A DNA stretch of 64,000 nt from IMG/VR virus record IMGVR_UViG_3300022745_000020, positions 83,903-147,902 of that record. One strand, given 5' to 3'. The notes beneath the pieces were generated by a model that made no database searches, had not been told where the DNA came from, and saw only the letters and a program-made list of their open reading frames with translations. This document shows positions 47,319 to 55,786 of this stretch, one piece after another (within the stretch, counting starts at the first letter, position 1; the number at the start of each line of letters is the position of its first letter). The position numbers were made by a program, and so were the translations under genes. This DNA comes from a virus.

Positions 47319-48545
47319 TTATTGAGATTTGTAGTAGCCCATCGTGAACGTACGCAGTATCACGTAAAGGCAAAATGCAGTGCGTACACTGGCCACGAGT
47401 GTCTTCCCCTTGATGCCCAGTGCACTGGAGATGAGTTTCTCCGTATCGGTTTTGATCTGGTTGAGCAGCGGTGAGCTCTGCCTGGAGTTGGTGTAGGTGC
47501 CTCGCATCTTAGACATCACCTCGATGACATCGGGATTGTTCTTAAGCAGCCCCTTATTCTCACTGAGGTAGGCGAATGCGTGCTCCAGTATCAAATCGAT
47601 CAGCTTATCCAGAGAGCCATTTTTGATGTGGACATAGTTCACACTCACCCACTTGACCATCGCTTCGACTTGCTTAGGTGGTGCAGTAGGTACGACTCTG
47701 CAGATGTTATCGAGTAACTCCTGCTTCACAAATGAAGCCGGGTCTGGCAAGATCGTGTGGATGTAGTGGGCGTAGTTGGCTTGACCGCGAGTGCGATCTT
47801 TTAGAATCACCTCTCCATCGATCTCCACCATGGCTGTGCTCGAGGAGATGCGAGTGCCCTGCTGGTGAGTGGTGATAAAGACATCATAGATGTTCTTGAT
47901 GATGTCGTTGATCGCACCTTTGATGCTGTTGAGCATGAGCACCACATCGTAGTCGTGCTCGAGCTTGGAGAACTTCGGATAGAGGATGCCTTTAGGGTCG
48001 ATGATGGCCTCTGAGCGTATCCTCAGCAGAGCACTCCAGCTACCAGCGGCTTTCAGACCGAAGCGATACGATAGACGTGCATAGGTCGCACGAGCTACAT
48101 CTGGATCTGCTGGGTACTTGAAATACTTGAACAGTGTGCTGGTGAGGTATCGGTAGTTCAGGTACAGCGTGATGGACATCAAAGCGCCATGCTTTTGTTT
48201 GTCATCGAGGTACTTAGACTGCACGATCTTGTACATCACCCAGATGCAGGAGATGGCGAAGATATCACTGGAGACAGCAAACTCTGGATTGATATCGGGC
48301 AAGTTATGCACACGGCTGGTCAATCGACTCTCATCGGCATCGATGATGTCTGTGTATAATCGATCAAAATCATCAGTGGTGAATCTCACCACCTGTACAC
48401 CAGTGAGGTTGCCGCCAAAGAACTCAATATGGTCGGGATACTTATTGACGAATCCCGACTCCATGGCAGCCAGTCGTGCAGCGAATGCTTTATCGACTCT
48501 GAGATTAGGACTCTCTTCCTCGTAGATCTCACGAATCGATGACAT
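47319..48545 (-). CDS. conserved jumbo-phage core protein (putative virion)
   Basis: 408 aa; H..FFGGNLTGVQVVRFT motif; TGATG overlap with the upstream gene. Confidence 0.75.
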   Translation of the reverse strand: MSSIREIYEEESPNLRVDKAFAARLAAMESGFVNKYPDHIEFFGGNLTGVQVVRFTTDDFDRLYTDIIDADESRLTSRVHNLPDINPEFAVSSDIFAISCIWVMYKIVQSKYLDDKQKHGALMSITLYLNYRYLTSTLFKYFKYPADPDVARATYARLSYRFGLKAAGSWSALLRIRSEAIIDPKGILYPKFSKLEHDYDVVLMLNSIKGAINDIIKNIYDVFITTHQQGTRISSSTAMVEIDGEVILKDRTRGQANYAHYIHTILPDPASFVKQELLDNICRVVPTAPPKQVEAMVKWVSVNYVHIKNGSLDKLIDLILEHAFAYLSENKGLLKNNPDVIEVMSKMRGTYTNSRQSSPLLNQIKTDTEKLISSALGIKGKTLVASVRTAFCLYVILRTFTMGYYKSQ

Positions 48546-49015
48546 CACTTTGCCCCACGATAGTGCTCAGTGAGCTCTTGCAGATTGTGTATGACTTTGA
48601 CACCTCGGCTCTTGGCGAGCTTGAGCATCTCAGCGGCCATCACGTTAGGGCCGATCTCATCGTCGGCCATATACAACGTGGCTTGAGCATCCTCCATCGC
48701 ATCCAAAGCGGATGCGAATCTTAGGACATCGGACATTGTCACGTCACCTTGCCTGGCCGCGTAGAGGTAGTTGATGCGCTCTTGAGGATCACTGGGGATT
48801 TTGTTGGCTGCTCTGAGCCCATCCCAGACTCCGAGAGTGTTGACCAAATCGACCTCGTAGGACTCCAGGGTGATGCTCAGAGATTGATCTTGCTCCTGGG
48901 GGTAGAGCTCGATCAGTGCGTCTGTACACAGCTTGGATAAGCCACCATCGACTACCAGAGCTCCTTGACTGACTTGTACGATGAGCTCTTGTATACCTTG
49001 GGATTGCTGTTGCAT
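48545..49015 (-). CDS. hypothetical protein (possible head protein)
   Basis: 156 aa, RBS AAAGGA; SITLES resembles a protease site. Confidence 0.7.
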   Translation of the reverse strand: MQQQSQGIQELIVQVSQGALVVDGGLSKLCTDALIELYPQEQDQSLSITLESYEVDLVNTLGVWDGLRAANKIPSDPQERINYLYAARQGDVTMSDVLRFASALDAMEDAQATLYMADDEIGPNVMAAEMLKLAKSRGVKVIHNLQELTEHYRGAK

Positions 49016-49054
49016 GGGGTCTTTTTCCTTTTGTTTGGTTGGTGGGGATGGTCC

Positions 49055-49891
49055 TTAGCGATTACCGCCCACACTCATGCGTACGATGTTGCGCCAGCGC
49101 ACCTTGTCGTTCATCAGTGCGATCTTCTTCCACTTGTGATCTCGATAGTCTACGTATGCGGCGTCTGCATCGGAGTAGGTATCCAAGATGGATTTGAACA
49201 CACCGATTTGAAAGCCACCTTCGAGCTCTGCCATATCCATCTCTACGACCAGTGTATTATAGATGTAGGCTTTGGTCGCTAGCAGCACGAGTTCTGAAAA
49301 TGCTGGGATGCTGCGGGGGTTGATGTTGCCCATGTTGTCCTGGTTAGACAGCACACACATCAAAAAGCTATCACCGATGACTGCCAGGTTATCGCGTACG
49401 GCGATCACGTTCTCAGCGATGAGCTCCACCCCGGCTGTAGAGGTGATCGGGATGCGATCGAATGCATTCATGAGCGCATTCATGGCGTTACCTACGGCTG
49501 TCGAGCGCGTCGGGTAGGTGGAGATCGCGGTGCCACTGACCCCATTTGCGTAGGCCATAGCACCCAGTGACGATGGGCTGATGAAGCCCACCGTCACCAC
49601 TGAGGTGATGGACCTGCCTTGCGTGAGGGTCTTGGGGATTCGGATGACTGTGGTGTACGCATCAGGGTAAGATGTCTCTAGGCCTCTGAGGGGGATGACC
49701 ACTTGTGTGCCGCCCAGGAGATCACAGTCGGGCATGACACGTTGTTTGACGACGAGGTTTTCGATCTGAGCATCGATGTTGTTATCAATGGGCGAGTTCC
49801 ATCCCTGGAAGCGATTGATGAATGCTTTCTCAAGCAGCGCTTTAGGGATACGGGCTCGTACATCGGCAATGGCCTTACGGATTGCATCCAT
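49055..49891 (-). CDS. conserved virion structural protein
   Basis: MDAIRKAIADV..RIP..LL..AF start with RBS GGAG. Confidence 0.75.
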   Translation of the reverse strand: MDAIRKAIADVRARIPKALLEKAFINRFQGWNSPIDNNIDAQIENLVVKQRVMPDCDLLGGTQVVIPLRGLETSYPDAYTTVIRIPKTLTQGRSITSVVTVGFISPSSLGAMAYANGVSGTAISTYPTRSTAVGNAMNALMNAFDRIPITSTAGVELIAENVIAVRDNLAVIGDSFLMCVLSNQDNMGNINPRSIPAFSELVLLATKAYIYNTLVVEMDMAELEGGFQIGVFKSILDTYSDADAAYVDYRDHKWKKIALMNDKVRWRNIVRMSVGGNR

Positions 49892-49901
49892 GTGTACATT
49901 C

Positions 49902-49937
49902 TCCAACTATTTAAAGACCTACATTATCTTAACGAGA
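49902..49937 (+). promoter_or_regulatory. putative early promoter
   Basis: TCCAACTATTTAAAGACCTACATTATCTTAACGAG; core TACATTAT at 49920-49927. Confidence 0.55.
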
Positions 49938-50010
49938 ATCACTTCAGGCTGAATTAACCTATCAGATCATGCCCGCCGGGTCGGGGGCGATTTGATAGGA
50001 GCCATTTAAA

Positions 50011-50127
50011 ATGACACAGGTATATCTAGGTATGGACGATGATAAAAAATCACCGTATACGTCCATCTGGTGCGAAGTGATCATGTATCCTGGGGTAGGG
50101 GTTTGTATAACAAAGCTCTACCGGTGA
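50011..50127 (+). CDS. putative 38-aa mini-ORF
   Basis: RBS AGGAG at 49997-50001; MTQVYLGMDDDKKSPYTSIWCEVIMYPGVGVCITKLYR. Confidence 0.35.
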   Translation: MTQVYLGMDDDKKSPYTSIWCEVIMYPGVGVCITKLYR

Positions 50128-50160
50128 TCAAAATTACCAACGAACGAGGACGCAAAGAAG

Positions 50161-50904
50161 ATGAACAACCTGTTGAAGACCTACAAGTCGATGTGTATCA
50201 ACGTCGATGCCATCGCCGAGCTCATCGAGATGAGGTGTGGTCACTTCCTCACCCCAGCCCCTGAGGGTCTGTACTATGAGGGGATACTCAACCCCGTGAT
50301 CGTGCGAGGTGAGCAGTATGTCTACGTGACCGACTCCGGGCAAGTCAAGCCTCTGGAGCATATCGACCATCTCCCAGCCGATGCTGTATCAATCTATCGC
50401 CAGCTCTCCTACCCCAGCACACCCATAGTATCCCCCCAGATGCTTAAATCGCCTGGGCGTATGTGGAGCCCCATACCGACACTACCCTACCGGGGCATGT
50501 ACGCTATACTGGCTTGCGGTAGAGAGTATATCCAAGACATCACCAGTCATGGGGCATATGACGACAATGGTGATGTATGGGATACACTACTGGCTGTCGA
50601 TCAGCTCGAAGCAGTAGCCAGACAAAGCGATGTCCTTCGACTGGATCTGGATAAATTAACCAAATGGTCTCGCAGTGGAGCGGTCAACATCGGTGAGTAC
50701 ATCGGTGAGCGGGTCATCGGGATGATTCGTCGCCACACTCGACCTGTCTACGAGCGCATCTTGGACTTTGTAGGCCCTCACGTGGATAACATCTACACGG
50801 TGAATTTCAAGGGTGCTGAGTTGTTCATTGAGCAAAAAACAGATTGGAGAGCTATCGCATGGGAAACTCATCAGCTGCAACTACAAGCTCAACTACAGGA
50901 GTGA
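50161..50904 (+). CDS. conserved hypothetical protein
   Basis: 247 aa, RBS GAGGA; first large gene of the operon leading toward the DNA polymerase. Confidence 0.8.
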   Translation: MNNLLKTYKSMCINVDAIAELIEMRCGHFLTPAPEGLYYEGILNPVIVRGEQYVYVTDSGQVKPLEHIDHLPADAVSIYRQLSYPSTPIVSPQMLKSPGRMWSPIPTLPYRGMYAILACGREYIQDITSHGAYDDNGDVWDTLLAVDQLEAVARQSDVLRLDLDKLTKWSRSGAVNIGEYIGERVIGMIRRHTRPVYERILDFVGPHVDNIYTVNFKGAELFIEQKTDWRAIAWETHQLQLQAQLQE

Positions 50905-50912
50905 TCTCTACG

Positions 50913-51287
50913 ATGATCGTGGGTGTGCAGGTGTACTCCAGTATCCTCTTGCTCACCCAGAGCTTAAGGCTCAATGAGGTCATAGCCGACGACGATGCAC
51001 AAGAAGACGCGATGGTGGGAGGACTACTCTCATTCGTCAAAGACTTCTTGTGCCTGATGATCGCCCCTGGTACTGTAGCGGGTGATTACACGCGCTTTGT
51101 CTATGAGACTCTAGCCGATGCAGGATACACCAACTTCCCTTTGAGTGCGTTGGTGGATATGCTGCACACCAGGCTGAGTCGGTCTCTGCAGGAGTCGATC
51201 CCTATAGACATAGATCGAGTCAGGCAGCTGAGGTACATCGGTTTGTTTAGTAACGATCGCATCGCATTGGAGGTGAGTTATGTCTAG
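50913..51287 (+). CDS. hypothetical protein
   Basis: RBS AGGAG, ATG 50913. Confidence 0.7.
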   Translation: MIVGVQVYSSILLLTQSLRLNEVIADDDAQEDAMVGGLLSFVKDFLCLMIAPGTVAGDYTRFVYETLADAGYTNFPLSALVDMLHTRLSRSLQESIPIDIDRVRQLRYIGLFSNDRIALEVSYV

Positions 51288-51666
51288 TCGAGTGACCATC
51301 GCTTTCGATATGAGTCACTATCAGGATCAGTTGAGGATACACTGTACACACGGCCAGGACAGCGCTCAGGCGTTGGCCTGGTTCGTGCGTTGTTTGGTCT
51401 GTCGAGGCAACGCCACTGATTTCGACCCTAGAGATCTGCTGATGAGCTATATCTGTGACAATTTCGGAGAAGGTTTCATCTACCGAGACGATGCTGCTGA
51501 GATTTTCGAGGGAATCATCACCAATGTGAGGGCGAGATTGCCAGGCTTTAATCCCTACGAAGATGGACTCACTCATGTGAAGACCGGCGAGGTGGGGGTG
51601 ACCCGATTGGGGTATGTCTACATCAACATGTCCAGTGAAACGTTCACCAAGTGGGTGAGTGCATGA
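51280..51666 (+). CDS. hypothetical protein
   Basis: 128 aa, RBS GGAGG, overlaps upstream stop. Confidence 0.78.
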   Translation: MSSRVTIAFDMSHYQDQLRIHCTHGQDSAQALAWFVRCLVCRGNATDFDPRDLLMSYICDNFGEGFIYRDDAAEIFEGIITNVRARLPGFNPYEDGLTHVKTGEVGVTRLGYVYINMSSETFTKWVSA

Positions 51667-52172
51667 TCACTAGACACTACGCAGTGCACAGTGGACTCCT
51701 AGATGTACATCGCCACAACTTCGAGATGTGCTTGGGCGATATCATGACCATGAGTGATGATCTATTCCCCTACATCGTGGAGCTGCTGGTGGTGACTTGT
51801 CAGAGCTACAATGAGGGGGATTGGTATTTGCAATACGATCACTTCGACACATTTGTCGATGAGCTCACGAACAAGTGCGTCTGCATCGATGAGGCATTGG
51901 GGGTGTGCTTCATCGATAGTCGATCCGACATGCTGGAAAAAGCCATCGTCACAGGCACTCTGTGGAGAGCGTATGAGGCCCTGGCGCGATATATCTACAC
52001 GGTCTTGAGAGAGAGTATCCCTCGCTCGTACAAGAGCTTAGAGCTACCTTGCCTAGAGCCCAGCGGGTATCGGGATCGAATCGTGATCCAGGCCTATTTC
52101 CACTCTCAGGAGAACACCGATGCACCTACCCCTACACCGAGTCGATCTTACCCTGGCCTACAGCCATGGTGA
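51663..52172 (+). CDS. hypothetical acidic protein
   Basis: ATGA overlap with the upstream gene. Confidence 0.72.
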   Translation: MITRHYAVHSGLLDVHRHNFEMCLGDIMTMSDDLFPYIVELLVVTCQSYNEGDWYLQYDHFDTFVDELTNKCVCIDEALGVCFIDSRSDMLEKAIVTGTLWRAYEALARYIYTVLRESIPRSYKSLELPCLEPSGYRDRIVIQAYFHSQENTDAPTPTPSRSYPGLQPW

Positions 52173-52521
52173 GTACATTGAGTGGTGCGACAGGCTGCTC
52201 GATGCCCGCATCGACTTGGTCGATATTGAATCCATCCTGTACCACAGTTTGAACAGTGTGCTCAAGGGGGTGGATATCTCTCTGATCGTAGCGCACTGCT
52301 TAGACGCTTGCCCACGACTGAGGGACCTGGAGGAATTGAGCTTAGAGGAGAAGGTCATTCCACCGTCCGTGGAGTTGGATAATTTTATACGTAACATGAC
52401 TCATCGGCTGAACAAATTTATCGGCCGATATGTCATCGTAGGGACCACAGCCAATGAAAACAATTTCACCATCTCTTTGCAGGTCTCGATCATATCTACT
52501 GAGCTTGGACTGCTACGATGA
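52120..52521 (+). CDS. hypothetical acidic protein
   Basis: 133 aa, RBS AGGAG. Confidence 0.72.
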   Translation: MHLPLHRVDLTLAYSHGEYIEWCDRLLDARIDLVDIESILYHSLNSVLKGVDISLIVAHCLDACPRLRDLEELSLEEKVIPPSVELDNFIRNMTHRLNKFIGRYVIVGTTANENNFTISLQVSIISTELGLLR

Positions 52522-52840
52522 TCAGACTCAGTCTATCTTACTGGAGTATGCATTCGATGCTCTGAGTCAGGAGAGTTTCTCCAAGTACTTGGAGCTGCTG
52601 AGAAAGCACCGCAGTGATGCGCATGCTCTACAAGTCAGTCTGATGGCATATATCCTAGAGCAGATGCCTTGTTGTGATCGCTGGCAAGCCATCGATGTCT
52701 TCACTCTGGTGTATCGACTGACTTGTAAATTGGCCTCACTCATCGAGTGTGGAGGTCATACTCGCCTAGCCTGCGCTCATATCAACTACCTGGGCGTGAT
52801 GACCATAGAAGCGGATTTCGATGTCAGTATCGATGACTGA
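52454..52840 (+). CDS. hypothetical protein (start uncertain, possibly TTG 52505)
   Basis: Fills the gap in a co-oriented operon. Confidence 0.6.
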   Translation: MKTISPSLCRSRSYLLSLDCYDDQTQSILLEYAFDALSQESFSKYLELLRKHRSDAHALQVSLMAYILEQMPCCDRWQAIDVFTLVYRLTCKLASLIECGGHTRLACAHINYLGVMTIEADFDVSIDD

Positions 52841-52890
52841 CATCACACAGAGCACATGTGCTGTAGAGAGTCTAAACCAAAGGTGACATC

Positions 52891-53277
52891 ATGAGTCTGG
52901 CCATCAATTCTGAATACACATTCACCATGAGATCGCCTGCGATCTTGGGTGCATCGTACGACGCCACACTGCTGGCAGTCCTGGGCTGGGATACCGCTCG
53001 CGCACTGCAAAGTGATCTGGCATTTACCCATCAGGCTGTATTGCCCGATCTGCCAGCAGGCACTGCAATGAACGTGGCTGATCTGGAATTTTATCGCATC
53101 AAGACTGCGGTAGATACCCGAGTCATCTGTAAGGAGTGGCTTGCACGAGAGCCTGAGTTGATCGAGCGAAAGACCATCTCCATCATGATCCCCAATGCCT
53201 CTGCGGGATCTATCCCTTTGCTCCGAGAGCTACTCACTGCCAACGGCTTTGGTACGGTATATATCACCTCAGTGTGA
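52891..53277 (+). CDS. conserved core protein (phiKZ gp49-like by synteny)
   Basis: 128 aa, RBS AAGG, last gene before the DNA polymerase. Confidence 0.75.
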   Translation: MSLAINSEYTFTMRSPAILGASYDATLLAVLGWDTARALQSDLAFTHQAVLPDLPAGTAMNVADLEFYRIKTAVDTRVICKEWLAREPELIERKTISIMIPNASAGSIPLLRELLTANGFGTVYITSV

Positions 53278-53299
53278 TAACAGAAAAAATGTTTACACT

Positions 53300-53335
53300 C
53301 TCTACAGTGCTGAGTATATACTCAGCACTGTAGAG
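53300..53335. repeat. perfect 36-bp palindrome
   Basis: CTCTACAGTGCTGAGTAT|ATACTCAGCACTGTAGAG followed by a T-rich tract. Confidence 0.9.
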
Positions 53336-53368
53336 CTGTGTCTTTATTTATTTTTTATTACTTAATAG

Positions 53369-53493
53369 TATGGCCAAACATTCGGGCAAGGGTGGTTGGT
53401 TGCTGAAGGCCCTTAGGGGATGGTCGGCGTTTTCATGCTTTTCTTCCTTTCGCTATTAATACCACGGGGACTTCGGTCCTCGTGGTCTTTTTT
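53369..53493 (+). ncRNA. candidate small RNA or attenuator carrying a tract antisense to the DNA polymerase RBS and start codon
   Basis: TATG at 53369; stem AAGGG/CCCTT; C/U tract 53430-53453 complementary to 53552-53579; cUUCGg terminator. Confidence 0.55.
53461..53493 (+). terminator. classical intrinsic terminator with cUUCGg tetraloop
   Basis: ACCACGGGGAC-TTCG-GTCCTCGTGGT-CTTTTTT. Confidence 0.85.
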
Positions 53494-53570
53494 ATGCTCT
53501 CTATCTTTAAAAATAGAGTCGATCCATGAGGTGTTTCGATATAAGCGATGTGTGTGAAGGAAGATTAAAC

Positions 53571-55721
53571 ATGACAAAATTCGTAGATCCATTCGTGCTG
53601 CCTGTGGATCAGTATCGCAGGTGCATCAACCCGCTGGGTGACTACAAGGCAGATGCGGTGAGGTACCTGATGCTCATCAGCGGGGATGATGAGGCCTCTT
53701 GCACTCAGGCTGTGGAGCGCATGCTCGCTAAGGGTGGTGAGTTTGAGTTCAAAGATCCGAAGGTGGAGTACTTTGAGCGCGGTGAGAGTAGGGATCGTGA
53801 GCGCAAGGTGTCGAGCGCACTGAGGTACATCGGTGAGTCGATTAAAAGCGAAGACATCATCGCCCCTACGTTTACTACCTACATGCCTGCTAAGAGAAAG
53901 CGCTCTATCTTATCCATCGACGTGGATGAGAAGATCCGACTGCGCAGTGTGGCTAAGAAGGCTATGTTCAAAGCCCGTGCTCAGGGCGATACCTTCCATG
54001 CGAACTTCTACAAGAACGAACAAACGCAGCGCAAGCGCAGTAACAACTCACTGAGCGGGGCTGCTAACTCCACAGGTACTCCTTTAGCGAATAAGACGTC
54101 TCACAGCTCACTGACGAGCACGTGCCGCATCACCAGCGGCTACGGCAATGCTAACAACGAGAAGCTCCTCAGTGGCAATCGCCACTACTATCGCCACGAT
54201 CTGGTGATCAATAACATCATCTCGATCATCGGGCACACTGACTACGTGGCATTGAGTGCTGTGGTGGATAAGTACGCTCTACGCGTCCCTACTGTGGATG
54301 AAGTGATGAGCTGTATCACCTACTCTACAGATCTGTACTGGAAGTCGAGTCTGTGGTTAGAGCAAATCCGCACACTGGTGCAGAAGTTAAATGGACTGCA
54401 GCGTGCTGCATTTGTCTACACGGGTGATCTACACCAGGTGAGGATACTCAATCCGGATTTCATGAAGGTGTTTCTCGCTCAGCTGTGTAAGCGCTGTGAT
54501 TGCGATGATCTACCGGGTGCTCTCGATATCATCAAGTCCGCTATGGATAGTCACATCAACTTGGCTCATCAAATCTGCTCTGACTGCGTCAAGGGGCGTG
54601 GTAAGGAGTATGACAAGATGAGTCATACAGAGCTATCCACCATCGCAGCCACACTGAACAACATCGCTCAGGTGGTGATGAAGTACGCTGACTTTATCAA
54701 AGTCATCATGGTGAGTCCAAACATGCCCACCAATGTGGGGCAGTTTCCTCACTCCACTCGCAGGTCTGCAGTCACTTCCGATACCGACTCGACGATCTTT
54801 ACGGTGCAAGACTGGATCTCTTGGTATACAGGGGGTGAGTACTTTACGCCTGAGGGGATTGCTATCCAAGCAGGCATGACATTTCTGGCCAGCAGCGCAA
54901 TCACCCACTTGCTGGCGATGATGAGTGCGAACATCGGAGTGGAAAGAGATAAGCTCTTTCGTATTCAGATGAAGAGTGAATTCCGATTTGATGTGTTTGT
55001 GCCCACAGGGGTGGCGAAAACATACTTTGCATCGATTGCCTGTCAAGAAGGCGCTGTGTTCGAGCACAATGAACTCGAGATCAAGGGGGTGATGCTCAAA
55101 AACAGCAACAACCCAGCCGATATCAATGAGCAAACCAGTGACATGATCGAGCGCATCATGGAGACAGTCCGAGCGGGTAAGAAGATCCGTCTGCTGGACT
55201 ATATCCGCGAGGTCGCCGCTGTCGAGCAGCGCATCATGGCCTCAGTGCTCAAGGGTGAGACTCACTATCTGAAGTCGCTGAACATCAATTCAGATGAAGC
55301 TTATAGTGCCGATCCTGAGGATTCGCCGTTCCAAAACCATTTGTTCTGGGAACAGACATTCCAGGGCAGCTATGGGGTGATCAAACCGCCTCCATATAAG
55401 ACTTCGAAGATCTCACTGACACTGAAGAACGCGCAGTCGATCAAGAAGTGGCTCGATGAGATGGAGGACAAAGCTCTGGCTGAGAGACTGCGAGCATACC
55501 TCCTCAAGAAGAACAAGACATCATACTTGACCTTCTATGCTCCTGAGGAAGTGTTAGATAAGGCAGGAGTGCCCAAGGAAATTGCCTGTGTGGTCGATGT
55601 CAGAAAGATCGCCTCTCAGTTGTGCAAATCCTTCTATCTGATCCTAGAGACTCTGGGGGTGTATATCCACCAGAAGGATCTCAGGCGTCTGGCCAGTGAC
55701 TTGTTACAAGAATCCACTTGA
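53571..55721 (+). CDS. family B DNA polymerase, polymerase subunit (phiKZ gp50-like)
   Basis: Motif B KRSNNSLSG, motif C SDTDSTIF, KTY and EIKGV; RBS AAGGAAG. Confidence 0.9.
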   Translation: MTKFVDPFVLPVDQYRRCINPLGDYKADAVRYLMLISGDDEASCTQAVERMLAKGGEFEFKDPKVEYFERGESRDRERKVSSALRYIGESIKSEDIIAPTFTTYMPAKRKRSILSIDVDEKIRLRSVAKKAMFKARAQGDTFHANFYKNEQTQRKRSNNSLSGAANSTGTPLANKTSHSSLTSTCRITSGYGNANNEKLLSGNRHYYRHDLVINNIISIIGHTDYVALSAVVDKYALRVPTVDEVMSCITYSTDLYWKSSLWLEQIRTLVQKLNGLQRAAFVYTGDLHQVRILNPDFMKVFLAQLCKRCDCDDLPGALDIIKSAMDSHINLAHQICSDCVKGRGKEYDKMSHTELSTIAATLNNIAQVVMKYADFIKVIMVSPNMPTNVGQFPHSTRRSAVTSDTDSTIFTVQDWISWYTGGEYFTPEGIAIQAGMTFLASSAITHLLAMMSANIGVERDKLFRIQMKSEFRFDVFVPTGVAKTYFASIACQEGAVFEHNELEIKGVMLKNSNNPADINEQTSDMIERIMETVRAGKKIRLLDYIREVAAVEQRIMASVLKGETHYLKSLNINSDEAYSADPEDSPFQNHLFWEQTFQGSYGVIKPPPYKTSKISLTLKNAQSIKKWLDEMEDKALAERLRAYLLKKNKTSYLTFYAPEEVLDKAGVPKEIACVVDVRKIASQLCKSFYLILETLGVYIHQKDLRRLASDLLQEST

Positions 55722-55731
55722 TGCATCATAG

Positions 55732-55771
55732 CACTCATCCACCTCCCTGTCATAGGGGAGGTGGATGAGTG
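55732..55771. terminator. bidirectional hairpin between convergent genes
   Basis: CACTCATCCACCTCCC...GGGAGGTGGATGAGTG. Confidence 0.8.
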
Positions 55772-55786
55772 TATGTTCTTTTAGTT

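Noticed and set aside
53413-53436. Minus-strand mini-ORF MKTPTIP with a strong RBS
   Set aside because: More simply explained as the mirror image of the anti-RBS tract; terminator polarity (cUUCGg plus U-run) indicates a + strand RNA. Not fully excluded.
53508-53520. AAAAATAGAG(TC) recurring before DNA pol, at ~59450 and reversed at ~4017, as a possible middle-promoter motif
   Set aside because: Too few, AT-rich and inconsistently placed copies to support a call
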